Assembly: GCA_951406725.2 (NCBI GenBank)
Contig: OX597839.1
Span: forward strand, 23,932,001-23,996,000
Length of the DNA: 64,000 bases
Source: Octopus vulgaris
Taxonomy: Eukaryota
Direction: 5' to 3'
The position numbers were made by a program, and so were the translations under genes. Each line of letters opens with the position of its first letter. The first letter of the stretch is position 1. The notes beneath the pieces were generated by a model. That model was not told the DNA's origin, ran no database searches, and saw only the letters and a program-made list of their open reading frames with translations. Below, piece after piece: positions 1-13,240 of this stretch.

Positions 1-205
1 TTCTTGAATGGCTTATAAACACCTTCCACACTGCAATTCTTTTTGTTTCAGCACATGATCTCAGATCAGGTCACTTGCTATGCAAGTACATCTTCGTCAT
101 TCTTACTATTTTAATAATGATAAAACCAGGTTTCATTTATGTCTTAGTAAATAATAATAAGGAACCAAGAATAAACAATGAAATAATTAAAATAAGCTCG
201 TAGAT

Positions 206-607
206 AAGCGCAGGAGTGGCTGTGTGGTAAGTAGCTTGCTAACCAACCACATTGTTCGGGGTTCAGTCCCACTGCGTGGCATCTTGGGCAAGTGTCTTCT
301 GCTATAGCCCCGGGCCGACCAATGCCTTGTGAGTGGATTTGGTAGACGGAAACTGAAAGAAGCCTGTCATATATATGTATATATATGTGCGTGTGTGTGT
401 GTTTGTGTGTTTGTCCTCCTAGCATTGCTTGACAACCGATGCTGGTGTGTTTACGTCCCCGTCACTTAGCAGTTCGGCAAAAGAGACCGATAGAATAAGT
501 ACTGGGCTTACAAAGAATAAGTCCCGGGGTCGATTTGCTCGACTAAAGGCGGTGCTCCAGCATGGCCGCAGTCAAATGACTGAAACAAGTAAAAGAGTAA
601 AAGAGAG
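206..607 (+). mobile_element. tRNA-derived CORE-type SINE (family A), full length; about 20 copies in the window
   Basis: A box TGGCTGTGTGG, B box GGTTCAGTCCC, CORE-like CTTGGGCAAGT, internal (TA)n(TG)n and (AAGAGTA)n tail. Other copies include 1790-2214(-), 6331-6840(+), 17841-18260(-), 19640-20023(-), 29581-29890(-), 29975-30347(+), 39490-39870(-), 44205-44583(-), 53811-54238(-), 56487-56878(-), 57660-58068(-). Confidence 0.92.
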
Positions 608-662
608 ATCACACAACTTTGATAGTCACGAGTTTTGCAACATAAAATTGGCAAAATTTCAC

Positions 663-772
663 CGTTTTTCCTTTGCTTTGAGCTTCCTTCATTTCTCCAA
701 CAAGGTGCAACATTTTGTTCATCATATAAAAGGCTATTTCTTCATAAAAATGCAACTGCCTTCGTCTCATCG
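663..772 (-). CDS. ZMYND12: Candidate ZMYND12 exon 4 (boundaries uncertain)
   Basis: gatcag acceptor in the right phase; AMRRRQLHFYEEIAFYMMNK has only weak spacing similarity to human GLGRIVQAEEYLFQAQWTVLK. Donor guessed at GTGAAA. Confidence 0.35.
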
Positions 773-1999
773 CTGATCACATTGTAAAAATCTTAAGGGT
801 TTTTAAAAACTAAAATGTAAACTAAAATTACAACGGTGGTGCCCCAGCATGACCACAGCTGTGAAGCTGAAACAATTAAAGATTTTAAGTAATCACTCTT
901 GAAGTTGTAGAGCACATGCCAAAGTAGCACCAAGTGTTTGTATATAACCCACTGTTTGAGAAACTGGAATGATATTCATCTTATGATGGGTAAATTTGGA
1001 AACATACTTTATTCTCTGAGGGTAATAGCAGGAATTATGTGCATATATAATTATAATTTAAATTTTATCAATTTTTTTTTCTTTGGTGCTTATACAAAAT
1101 TCTGAAAATGAATACCAATTATCAAAAGGGAAACATCTATTACCGTTAAAATTAAATATAACAAATTTGACCTGGCCCCATACAACTTGAAGTTTTAAAG
1201 GCTCCTTACATAAACCTAGATTGTTGGGCTGAGGAAGCCGAAAGGAGAAGTGCAAGAAGTTCAAGATGGCTACCAAAAATTGGTAAAGAAAGTTGACTTC
1301 AGCATTATTTGAACTTGGCAGGTAAAAAAATAGGAAGGAATTCTGCAAAGCAACATTCTGATGCTCCAACAGTTCTGCTAGCAGCCTGTCAATAATAACC
1401 AATTCTTCTATAGACACAAAATCTTTAGGAAAGGGTTATAGTCAATTACATCGACCTTGGTCCTTAAGATAAAGTAAACCGCCTCCACCTATCTTTACGT
1501 TCTGAGTTCAAATTCTGCCAAGTTCGATTTTGGTTTTCATCCTCGAGGTCAATGAAATAGGTACCAGTCAAGCACTGGAATCAATGTAATCAACTTATTC
1601 TTTACCCCCCAAAACATCTGGCAAGGCCCTAGGGTGGTTCACAAGACACCTGAAGAAGGCTGGGGCATACAACAGCCAAAACGTAGAGAAAAGCCACAAC
1701 CAAGATGAGGACACCGTTTAGACTAATACATAATATAAAAATCCCTTATCTCAGAAATATTACTGACTGGTCTTCTGTCGGTTGTGATACTCTCTCTTTA
1801 CTCTTTTACTTGTTTCAGTCATTTGACTGCGGCCATGCTGGAGCACCGCCTTTAGTCGAGCAACTCGACCCCGGGACTTATTCTTTATAAGCCCAGTACT
1901 TATTCTATCGGTCTCTAATGCCAAACCGCTAAGTGATGGGGACGTAAACACACCAGCATCGGTTGTCAAGCAATGCAAGGGGGACAAACACACACACAT

Positions 2000-2048
<49 letters not shown>

Positions 2049-2973
2049 TACAACAGGCTTCTTTCAGTTTCTGTCTACCAAATCCACTCACAAGGCATTG
2101 GTCGGCCCGGGTCTATAGCAGAAGACACTTGCCCAAGATGCCACGCAGTGGGACTGAACCCGGAACCATGTGGTTGGTTAGCAAGCTACTTACCACACAG
2201 CCACTCCTGCGCCTATGTGATAATGCGGATTCCAGGCAATCCGATCAATGGAACAGCCTACTCGTGAAATTAACGTGACAGCAGCTGAGTACTTCACAGA
2301 CACGCAAACCCTTGAAGTAGTTCTTTCGGGAACAGTCAGTATGACACGCAATGTGACAAGGCTGATCCTTCACAAATACTGGGACAACTCATTTTTGCCA
2401 GTTGAGCAAACTGCAGCAATGGGAAGTAAAGAGTCTTGCTCAAGGACAAGACGTGCCACCAGGAATTTAAACTCATGACCTGACAAGTCAATTACCCTAA
2501 CCACTAAGCCACGCACCTTCGCAAATCTTATCGTATTAATCTCCCAACCACATGGTTCCAGGTTCAGTCTCACTGCATGGGTAAATGTCTTCTACTATAG
2601 CCTTGGGCTGACCAAAGCCTCGTGAGTGGATTTGATAGACAGAAACTGAAAGAAGCCCGTCGTATGTGTGTGTGTGTGTGTGTATAAATCTGTGTGTGTG
2701 TATGTCTCTGTCTGTGTCTGTCTCCCCATCACCACTTGACAACCGGTGATGGTATGTTTACATCCCCGTAACTTGTCCGTTCGGCAAAAGACACTGATAG
2801 AATAGGTGTCAGGCTTTCAAAAAAAACATAAGTCCCGTGGATTGATGTATTCAGCTAAAACCCATTGAAGGCAGTGCTCCAGCATGGCTACAGTCGAAAG
2901 AGTGAAAGAAATGAAAGAAGATCATCGTTTGTAACGAGGTAATTACAAAAAAGAAATCAGGGCTTGTCCTTAC

Positions 2974-3145
2974 CGAGCAAACATTCAGCGAGAAGTAAAT
3001 AAGCCGGGAGCCACTCTACGCCTTCGGCCTTGAATAACATTTTGTAGAGACGTAGACATTGAAGGGCCGGTGGAATAATAAGCTTGTAATTGCCTTCAAA
3101 CAGATGTCGGTGTCCATGCAAGAGACACATGTTTATCAGATCGAG
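2974..3145 (-). CDS. ZMYND12: ZMYND12 coding exon 3
   Basis: ttgacag acceptor and GTAAGG donor, 172 nt. LDLINMCLLHGHRHLFEGNYKLIIPPALQCLRLYKMLFKAEGVEWLPAYLLLAECLL matches human LFEG...PAALQSLR...VELVPAYLLLAEASL. Not in the ORF track. Confidence 0.92.
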
Positions 3146-3636
3146 CTGTCAACAAATACAGAAGAACTATTGATATTATCGCCATGGTGGTGGTGGTCAT
3201 GGTGGTAGTGGTGGTGGTGGTCATGGTGGTAGTGGTGATGGTGGTGGTGGTCATGGTGGTCGTAGTGGTAGTGGTGGTGGTGGTGGTGGTCATGGTGGTA
3301 GTGGTGGTGGTGATCATGGTGGTAGTGGTGATGGTTGTGGTGGTCATGGTGGTAGTGGTCATGGTTGTGGTGGTCATGGTGGTGGTGGTGGTGGTGGTGG
3401 TGGTGGTGGTCATGGTGGTAGTGGTGATGGTTGTGGTGGTTATGGTGGTAGTGGTAGTGGTGGTGGTGGTGGTCATGGTGGTAGTGGTGGTGGTGGTGGT
3501 AGTGGTGGTGGTGGTGGTGGTGGTGGTGGTGGTAGTGGTGGTGGTCATGGTGGTAGTGGTAGTGGTGGTGGTCATGGTGGTAGTGGTGGTGGTGGTGGTC
3601 ATGGTGGTAGTGGTGGTAGTAAAGAAAATACTTTAA

Positions 3637-3856
3637 CCCTTTAACATTCAAACTGGCCATATCTGGCCAAAATATTTAACCTGTTTTATATTGAAACTGA
3701 CCAGATCTCGCCTCTCACCTCAGCCCTACCATGTCATTCTAAAACTAAAAAATCACATCACTGAAATCTCTAAACTACAAGATAATACATGATTAATTCA
3801 AACCATTTTAAATAAACAAACATCACATTTGACAGAATAATCTGAACACTAAAGGG
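3637..3856. mobile_element. piggyBac-type MITE
   Basis: TTAA|CCCTTTAACATTCA...TGAACACTAAAGGG|TTAA. Second copy at 31052-31258; a related element at 56456-57057 is split by a SINE. Confidence 0.88.
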
Positions 3857-5383
3857 TTAATAATGAGGCATATGAGCCCTCGATGGAAAAAAAAAAAAGG
3901 TTTTCTGTATGCATAGGATGGGAGAACCTAGTTTTTTGCCATTGAGGGCTTATATGATCCATTATTAGACTATTTTCTTTACTCTCCGAAATGCATATCG
4001 AATGCTTAAATGTTTGTTTTTTTTTAATTATTTAATTTGTAATGTGTTGTTTATCTCGTTAAATGCATATCGAATGCTTAAATGTTTTTTTTTTTTTAAT
4101 TATTTAATTTGTAATGTGTTGTTTATCTCGTTAAATGCATATTGAATGCTTAAAACTACAAAAGACGTGTTGTTTGCTCATTTTCCGTGTGTAGAATACA
4201 GATATTGACAACACGTGCTATTTTCAGGACCTTGACAAAAATGTGCTGTCGTGCACAAAATGACGGCTTTCAAATTCTGTTTCCTGACTGAGTGAAAATG
4301 ATCGACATTTTAAAAAACTTTTCTGGAAAAAGTTAAATAACTCCAGCAAAATGTGCCAAATTTTAAAATTTTCAATAAAGTCTAATCTTTGAAACCTTGG
4401 CAGTCAAACGGAAAAGATCCAATCTTTTTTATTTCCTGAAATTTTCTGAAACTTTTTACAGATCTTTTTGGTTTGAACGGCAGTTTTTTAAAATAATTTC
4501 CACATAACTAAACACTTTTAAACTTCGTATACTGGTAGAATGTGTTTATAAAACATCTTTTTCTGTTGGCTTTATTGAGAAAATTCTATAGTTTGTAAGA
4601 TATTTGTTGTCTTTTTTCTTCAATTTCTGCAATTTCAACCAATCAATGACGTCTATTGAGGTAAAAAAAAAAACATTCTGTGCCGTATGCATATGTCCCT
4701 CGCTTAAGAAACAGATTGGGTTTATTTACATTTCTGAAGAAAAAAAGATACCTTTCTCCCCACGCCTAACTCTAACCCTAAAACAGATTGAAATGCAATA
4801 GATCGATACTAGGGTCATAATTATGGGTGACAGTTTCATATGACACCGCTAGAAAAAACTGCCGTTCAAACCAAAAAGATCCCTTTTTGAGAAATTTGTA
4901 TTCTACACACGGGAATTCTTACAATTATGCTCCCCACCACAAAAAAAAAACGGTTTCCATGCATGATTGAAGACTTATTTAGAAAAATGGCGTTGTGAAT
5001 GTTTATTGAGCGAAAACACCTAAAGCTCCACGAGGCTCCGGCAGGGGATGGTGGTGATCCCTGCTGTTCTCTTTCACCACAACTTTCTCTCACTCTTACT
5101 TCCTGTTTCTGTTGTACCTGTATTTCAAAGGGCCGGCCTTGTCACTCTCTGTGTCACGCTGAATATCCCCGAGAACTACGTTAAGGGTGCACGTGTCTGT
5201 GGAGTGCTCAGCCACTTACACGTTAATTGCACGAGCAGGCTGTTCCGTTGATTTGGATCAACTGGAACCCTCGTTGTCGTAACCGACGGAGTGCTTCAAA
5301 AAAAATTTAGCTGCTATTTTTAGCACATCTCATACCGCATGTGTTTTAAGCATTTAATATCCGACAAAAAGAACACATGATAC

Positions 5384-5420
5384 GTAGCTTGGTAACAGCT
5401 TAGCTTGTTGCTATGGAAAC
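5384..5420. promoter_or_regulatory. Tandem RFX X-box motifs in ZMYND12 intron 2
   Basis: GTAGCTTGGTAAC (5384-5396) and GTTGCTATGGAAAC (5407-5420), with GATTGG (reverse CCAAT) about 25 bp downstream. Confidence 0.55.
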
Positions 5421-6130
5421 AGGCATGAATGTATCTGTGGCTTTTGATTGGCTAAAATTACCCAAAATTTGCAATCCTTAAAAGCTATTAACTCTTAGTT
5501 TATTGATTTATGGCGAAGCTTGGAGATCCTGCCATTTCTGGTGCCATGTAGAAAAAGCATCACGTCCACACTGTAAAGTGGTTGGCATTTGGAAGGGCAT
5601 CCAGCTGTAAAAATCATGCCAAAACTGACCTCACCTGTGCTAGTCCCACCTAAAAAGCGCACTGTCCACCTCTGCAGAGTGGTTGGTTCTAGGAAGGGCA
5701 CCCAGCCATAAAAACCCTGCCAAATCAGACACAGTAGCCTGGGGTAGTCTTCTACCTGGCCAGCTCCTGTCAACCGTCCTAGCCATGCATGCATGGAAGA
5801 TGGATATAGATGATGGTGGCGGCAGGTGATGATGGTGGTGGAGGTGATGATGGTGGTGGAGGTGATGATGGTGGTGGAGGTGGTGCTGGTGGTGGTGGTG
5901 GTGGTGGCGGCAGGAGTGGCGGTGGCGGTGGCGGCGGTGGTGGTGGTGATGATAGTGGTGGAGCTGGTGCTGGTGCTGGTGGTGATGATTACTATACAAA
6001 ACTACACCAATACACCAAATATGGAAATCAATTGGAAGAGAAATTGAAGAAACTGAATTGTGGCAGACAAACAAAAAAGATCCGAAAGATGAAAGAACGC
6101 TAATTAAACTGAGATAATTAATTGTTTTAC

Positions 6131-6272
6131 TTTAGTGTTGAAGATGCTCCGTTCAAGTGCTTGTTGTTGCAGCTTCCTGATGCTTCTTGTCGGCGGATTA
6201 TAGAGGTAGATGAGGCTCTTGCAGAGATACCTGTGAATTCCGACCCAGTCCAATTGTTGATGCTCTCGATTA
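6131..6272 (-). CDS. ZMYND12: ZMYND12 coding exon 2
   Basis: tgtttcag acceptor and GTAAAA donor, 142 nt. (C)NREHQQLDWVGIHRYLCKSLI completes the MYND finger; phase is continuous with exon 1. Confidence 0.9.
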
Positions 6273-6496
6273 CTGAAACAAAAAAGAAGAAAATAAACAA
6301 AAGAAAACAAAAAGAAAAAATGTGAGGTATAGGCGCAGGAGTGGCTGTGTGGTTAGTAGCTTGCTAACCAACCACATGGTTCTGGGTTCAGTCCCACTGT
6401 GTGGCATCTTGGGCAAGTGTCTTCTCCTATAGCCTCGGGCCGACCAAAGCCTTGTGAGTGGATTTGGTAGACCGAAACTGAAAGAAGCCTGTCGTA

Positions 6497-6623
<127 letters not shown>

Positions 6624-6840
6624 ATATGTTTGTGTGTTTGTGTTTGTCCCTCTAGCATTGCTCGACAACCAATGCTGGTGTGTTTACGTCCCCGTCACTT
6701 AGTGGTTCAGCAAAAGAGACCGATAGAATAAGTACTGGGCTTACAAAGAATAAGTCCCGGGGTCGATTTGCTCGACTAAAGGCGGTGCTCCAGCATGGCC
6801 ACAGTCAAATGACTGAAACAAGTAAAAGAGTAAAAGAGTA

Positions 6841-7222
6841 ATACTTGCCATCTCAATATGGCTAACAAACTAAGGGTGGGTGTTACTGTAGCTTGTAGCC
6901 CCAGGAGAACATCGTCTCCAGCTGGCTTTAGGCACACTTTCTGTGCCTTTATGGTATTTGCAAAGGGAGGTCATCCTTCCCTCGTCAACCTAAGTGATAC
7001 GCACGGACTGCAGTTTCTAGGTATTCAACTGTCGTCGGAGTATGACAATCACCGGTTTTCGATGAAAGGAGGTCCAAATGCAAATCCTTATATGGTTTTT
7101 CCAGTAACTTTTCTTCACTGATCTCAAAATACTGTATGCAAGCTGGAGACGATGTTCTCCCGGAGCTACAAGCTACAGTAACACCCACCCTTAGTGGTTA
7201 GCCATATTGAGATGGCAAGTAT
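6841..7222. mobile_element. MITE-like element with about 82-bp TIRs
   Basis: ATACTTGCCATCTCAATATGGCTAAC...TCTCCAGCT at 6841-6923 is inverted at 7141-7222. Confidence 0.8.
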
Positions 7223-7438
7223 AGCTCAAAAAGAAAAAAAGAGATGGAAAAAATGGACATGTTATGGATTTAATTGCTTTGTGTGATTAAATTTTGGATT
7301 GTTTGAGAGGGGGATACACTAGTCATCATCATCATCACCATCATCATCGTAGTCATCATCCTCATCATCATCATCATAACCAACATCATCATCACATTGG
7401 GATCAGGTCTGGATGAAGATTTGTTATATGCTAACAGT

Positions 7439-7826
7439 GGAGGCGCAATGGCCCAGTGGTTAGGGCAGCGGACTCGTGGTCGTAGGATCGCGGTTTCGAT
7501 TCCCAGACCGGGCATTGTGAGTGTTTATTGAGCGAAAACACCTAAAGCTTCACAAGGCTCCTGCAGGGGGTGGTGGTGAACCCTGCTGTACTCTTTCACC
7601 ACAACTTTCTCTCACTCTTACTTCCTGTTTCTGTATTTCTGTACCTGTATTTCAAAAAAGGGCCGGCCTTGTCACTCTCTGTGTCACGCTGAATATCCCC
7701 GAGAACTACGTTAAGGGTATACGTGTCTGTGGAATGCTCAGCCACTTGCACGTTAATTCCACGAGCAGGCTGTTCCGTTGATCGGATCAGCTGGGACCCT
7801 CATCGTCGTAACCGACAGAGTGCTCC
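7439..7826 (+). mobile_element. tRNA-derived SINE (family B)
   Basis: tRNA-like head GGCGCAATGGCCCAGTGGTTAGGGCAGCGGACTCG...GGTTTCGATTCCC. Near-identical copies at 21452-21832 and 4989-5296 (5'-truncated). Confidence 0.9.
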
Positions 7827-8429
7827 TACTATATGCTAACAGGTGAACATTCAGTCCATCTCCTATCGTTTATGTATCTGTCAATATTACAGTATCATGG
7901 TATTGACCAGGCTATCAGATGTTGTTATACATCACTGGTCACAATACGCTTTGCATTGTTTTAACTTTTGAACGACACCACCCTGCTGGGATATATCATC
8001 ATCATCGTCATCATCATCACCAGCAGCAGCAGTAGCAAGGTTAACAGGTATGATTGTATCGTAAGTAGTTCACTTCCAAACCACATGGTTCTAGGTTCAG
8101 TCCCACTGTGTCGTACTTTGGGCAAGTGTAATTTACTACAGCCCCAGGCTGACCAAAGCCTTCTGAGTGGATTTGGAACACAAGAAAAGGAAGAAGCTTG
8201 TCACGTGTGTGTGCGTGGGGGGTGAGTGTGTGAGTGTGTGAGTGTGTGGGGGAGTGTGTGTGAGTGTGTGTGCATATGTGTGAGTGTGTGAGTGTGTGTG
8301 TGTGTGTGCGTGTGTGTGTGTTAATGTCCACTTTATCCTATTTGCATGGTTTAAGATGCAATTCTGTGTGTGTGTACATACATATATACAAACACACATG
8401 CATGCACACACACGCTCACACATCCAAAA

Positions 8430-8497
<68 letters not shown>

Positions 8498-8638
8498 ACA
8501 CATACATACATACATACAATTCAGAAATATATTTAATAAAATACAAAACTGCAAACTTTTAAAGAAGTAACCAAAATAAATCTCGGTAAAGTCTAGCATC
8601 CTGTAGAATGTAAGAGTGTGTAGAAGCAGTCCACTTAC

Positions 8639-8793
8639 CAATAAGCAGCTATTTTACAGCCCTTGCATCTCATCCAGGCAGGTAAGCCACACACATCACA
8701 GTAGATGTAGGTGCCTTTGGGATTAGCCAAGGGGTAGAGTTTCACAGTGCTGCTTCTTGTGGAAGACGTCTTTTCTGCCTTATTCTCCGCCAT
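8639..8793 (-). CDS. ZMYND12: ZMYND12-like MYND zinc-finger protein, first coding exon
   Basis: ATG at 8793; MAENK...KLYPLANPKGTYIYCDVCGLPAWMRCKGCKIAAY(C) resembles the human ZMYND12 N-terminus (IYPLAVPKG...CEVC...CAAC..YYC). Donor GTAAGT at 8638, phase 2. A pyrimidine-rich AG just upstream of the ATG suggests a further 5' exon. Confidence 0.9.
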
Positions 8794-8914
8794 CTTATCC
8801 CTAATGAACGTGAAACGAAGATATGAGGATAACTGTATACGATAAAAGGAAATAACAAGGAGGAAGGAAGGAAGGGAAAAAAGAAAGAAAGAAGGCAGGA
8901 TGGAAAGAAAAAAA

Positions 8915-8989
<75 letters not shown>

Positions 8990-9938
8990 GCAAGAAGGCA
9001 GGAAGAAAAGGAGAACAACAAATCACTCATAAATGGCCATCATTCAATGTTAATGGTTTTTGATTGTCTGTTGAAATCTCGTTTGCCGGAAATGGCAAGC
9101 ACCTGTTTCTCGTTAGCAGTTTACTAATTATTTATTCATCACATGCTTTCTTACATGTTGATTAACCTTTCATCGTCTAGCATAAAGCCATCTCCCTCTC
9201 TGCTGCGCTCTTGCTCGGTTGAGGAAACTTTTTTATGGTCTTGGGGATTACATGATAATTTCATCTCTGCCGGTGCCATGTAAAAGTACATTTCTGTAAA
9301 GTGGTTGGTGTTAGGAATGGCATCAAGCTGTAGAAATCAGGACAAAAGTGAAACATGGAAGCAAGACGTGGTCCTCCGACCCATGAGATCCTGTCAAACT
9401 CTTCAACTCATACCAATTCAATATACAGATTTGTACAAATTGGGGATCACTAGGGCACAGTTCTTTGTCCTTTTCTATTTACCATAGTCCTCCTGGCCAT
9501 AATGGAAGAGCTCAAAACCAAACATCCACAGGAGCTACTATATGTCAAGGACTAAGCTCTTAGAGCTGAATTTGTAGGTTTAGAGAAGAAATCCCAGGTG
9601 TTGAAGCATTGGCATTGCTAGAGTGTGTGCTGCCTTCTGTTTACTGTCCCAGACCCCACAGAAAACACATATTGTCTACAGCACACCCAAAAGTACCACC
9701 CGAGGCTGATCGCCCCCTACTATCCCTACCCCACCCCCAACTACACTAGTGTGCTAGTGTGTGGAAGCAAACCCTGGAATCAAAGGACCTCAATGTTAAC
9801 TCAGTAATGGCTGAAATATTAGTCAATTGCTGCAGGTAAGGACACTGTATTTCGTTATGAAACCACATATATGCACATATATAGGACGTAGAACAAATAT
9901 AGTATTATTGGATGCTCAGGAAGGAAGGGAAGAAGGAG

Positions 9939-9974
9939 GTTTTTACATTTCGAGCGGAGCTCTTCGTCAGAAAC
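9939..9974 (-). ncRNA. Minimal hammerhead-like motif, second copy of the 11.3 kb family
   Basis: GTTT-CTGACGA-A-GAGC-TCC-GCTC-GAAA-TG-TA-AAAAC. Confidence 0.55.
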
Positions 9975-10051
9975 ATAGGAAAAGGAAAGATTCAGAGAAG
10001 GGAAGACGGAGGAAATAAGTATATTAAAGGCTTATGATGTAAAAAGTGACT

Positions 10052-10087
<36 letters not shown>

Positions 10088-10283
10088 CCACCCACACACA
10101 CACCCACATACATACACACATGCATTCACACACATGTGCATACACAGTAATGTGTTCTGCTTTCACTAATTACCGCAGCAGAACAATATAGTAGATAGAG
10201 GAATGATGGAAGGATGAGTAACAGGGGACAATGGAAAATAGAAAGTATAGACTTGAAGGGACACATTGGATGAGCAACTCATA

Positions 10284-10618
10284 TCTCTCTATATATAAAC
10301 GGCAGTTTGTCTGTGTGTGTTTCTGTGTGTCTGTTAGGTTGTACCCTCACCCTGACCACGGCTTTCAACCGATTCTGATGAAACTTGACACACACATATT
10401 TTGAAAAGTTCCCCCAGTTCTGAAAAAAATCGATAAATTCGACATGGGGTCGAGAATCAGAAACACAAACCACAGACTGTCTAGGGGACGCAACTCAACC
10501 TTTTTAACTAAAAAAAAATTTACCATCATTTTTTTTCCATTTTTTGGCTATAACTCTCTAAATATGCTTTATAGTTATTTCCCTTACAAACCCGAGCAAC
10601 GCCGGGCGATACTGCTAG
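10284..10618 (+). mobile_element. Non-autonomous Helitron
   Basis: A|TC...CTAG|T ends with a subterminal hairpin CCCGAGCAACGCCGGG. A related 3' end lies on the minus strand at 38542 (about 38542-39480, interrupted) and a 5' end at about 17030-17465(-). Confidence 0.8.
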
Positions 10619-11079
10619 TATATACATAAACATTATGCTTCCAGCCTCCTTCTCTATTGCCATTTTAACACCATTTTTGCTATGCTTGCCAAGATGGGTG
10701 GGTCTTTTTGACCCCTATTTTTCTCTAGTCCTTTCGTTTCCTTGTCAACAGCTCTGTGAAGTTCAACAATTAGAGATCTGTCTTCACCAGTTCAGATTAC
10801 ATCTTTCCACATCTCCCTCTTCCATGGCCACTGCAAGTGATCAGCACTCGTCCATATGCATCACACGCCTAAACAAACACTGTCTTCTCTCTTGCACACT
10901 ATGTCCAATTCCTCTCATGCCCAGTTTTCCTCAACTGGTATTTAATTTATCGACCCCAAAGGGATGAAAGGCAAAGTGACCTCAATGAAATTTGAACTCA
11001 GAAAGTAAAGACAGACGAAATACTGCAAAGCATTTCACCTAGCGTGCTAACATTTCTGCCAGCTCGCCGCCTGTATGTG

Positions 11080-11153
<74 letters not shown>

Positions 11154-11179
11154 ATGCATATATATGCATATATATACAT

Positions 11180-11236
<57 letters not shown>

Positions 11237-11335
11237 TAATCCAAACATGAAAACACAAAGAGAAAACACAACAACACGAGGACGTGGAACAAATATAGTA
11301 TTATTGGACGCTCAGGAAGGAAGGGAAGAAGGAGG

Positions 11336-11370
11336 GTTTAATGTTTCGAGCGGAGCTCTTCATCAGAAAC
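11336..11370 (-). ncRNA. Minimal hammerhead ribozyme-like motif
   Basis: GTTT-CTGATGA-A-GAGC-TCC-GCTC-GAAA-CA-TT-AAAC; same architecture as 35534-35579 with different helix sequences. Confidence 0.62.
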
Positions 11371-12107
11371 ATAGGAAAAGGAAAGATCCAGAGAAGGGAA
11401 GACGGAGGAAATCTATATATATATGTATATATGTGTGTGTGTATGTATATAAGTGTGTGTGTGTGTGTGTGTGTATGCATATATATAGGCTCCAGTGAAT
11501 TTGAGAAATTCCACCACCACCACCACTGTCACCACCACCACCACCAACAACAGCAACAACAACAACAACGATATCGTCGTTTTGCCATCTACCATAACTG
11601 CCAACAACAACACCACCACTACAACCTCAGCCACTACAAGTGACACCAACACTAACACCAAACACAAATCCAATTTTGCACAAGCGTTAAAAATAAAAAA
11701 AGACAATACTAAACTTCAAAAGTTTGTGTTTGGATAATATGTTTTAAGTAAAAGTTGTGCAACAACTAAAGCATTCGGTTGTGCAAATTCTTTGCACGGG
11801 AAACCTGCCTTGTGTGGCGTATTTCCCGATTTTGTAGAATTTGCTTTCGGCTTTCTTTGCCATTTCTGTTTTGGCGACTTCAAAGCCATGAAGTCGTCGT
11901 TCTAAAAGAAGGCTGGTCTCCTTGACAACGCTTACGACGTTGATTTCCCTACCCTGCCTTCCCCACGGCTTCATGAAGGAGGGAAGAGGGGGAGAAGCGA
12001 CACAGGTGCAGGTGCGAGCATTGGACGCCAACGCCGCCACCGACACAAAGAAAATTTGGAAGAACCCAGACGACAGCTTCACAGTCAAAGGACAACTCTG
12101 CCACAAA

Positions 12108-13240
12108 CACCACCACCATCATCACCACGACGACCACCACCACCACCACAACCATGACCACCACCACCATGACCACTACCACCATGACCACCACCACCAC
12201 TACCACCATGACCACCACCACCACTATCACCATGACCACCACCACCATCACCACTACCACTACCACCATCACCACCACCACCATCACCACTACAACCATG
12301 ACCACCACTACCACTACCACCATGACCACCACCACCATCACCACTACCACCATGACCACCACCACCACTACCACCATGACCACCACCACAACTACCACCA
12401 TGAACACCACCAACACTACTAATACCACCATGACCACCACCACCATCACCACTACCACCACCATCACCACTACCACCATCACCACCACCACTACCACTAC
12501 CACCATCACCACCACCACCATCACCACTACCACCATGACCACCACCACTACCACCATGACCACCACCACCACTACCACTACCACCATCACCACCACCACT
12601 ACCACCACCACCACTACCACCATCACCACCACCACCACTACCACCATGACCACCACCACCATGACCACCACCACACCACTACCACCATAACCACCACCAC
12701 TACCACCATGACCACCACCACCACTACCACTACCACCATCACCACCACCACTACCACCACCACCACTACCACCACCATCACCACCACCACCACTACCACC
12801 ATGACCACCACCACCATCACCACCACCACCATCACCACTACCACCATAACCACTACCACCATCACCACCACCACTACCACCATCACCACCACCACCACTA
12901 CTACCATGACCACCACCACCATGACCACCACCACCATGACCACTACCACCATAACCACCACCACTACCACTACCACCATCACCACCACCACTACCACCAC
13001 CACCACTACCACCATCACCACCACCACCATCACCACCACCACCATCACCACTACCACCATAACCACCACCACCAACACCACTACCACCATGACCACCACC
13101 ACCATGACCACTACCACCATGACCACCACCACCATCACCACTACCACCATGACCACCACCACAACTACCACCACCACCACTACCATCTCCACCACCACCA
13201 CCACCACCACCACCACCACTACCACCATGACCACCACCAT
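12108..13240 (+). repeat. Degenerate (CAC/CAT/TAC/GAC)n trinucleotide tract
   Basis: About 1.1 kb cryptic microsatellite; same type in reverse at 3184-3620, related tracts at 5810-5990 and 11510-11660. Confidence 0.97.

Noticed and set aside
1058-1417. 119-aa minus-strand ORF as ZMYND12 exon 4
   Set aside because: No similarity to the expected ZMYND12 segment and no convincing phase-compatible splice sites.
5810-6103. Gly-rich 97-aa ORF
   Set aside because: (GGT/GAT)n tail of an RTE-type repeat on the antisense strand of a ZMYND12 intron.
7439-7515. tRNA genes (also 21452, 35704 and family A/C heads)
   Set aside because: They are SINE heads: no complete acceptor stem, and each continues into a repeated SINE body.
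11980-12106. TIMP-like signal peptide plus CTC start in the minus ORF 11744-12106
   Set aside because: Only a three-residue coincidence; the downstream TIMP motifs (HPQ..FC, VIRAK) are absent and the ORF has no ATG start before it.
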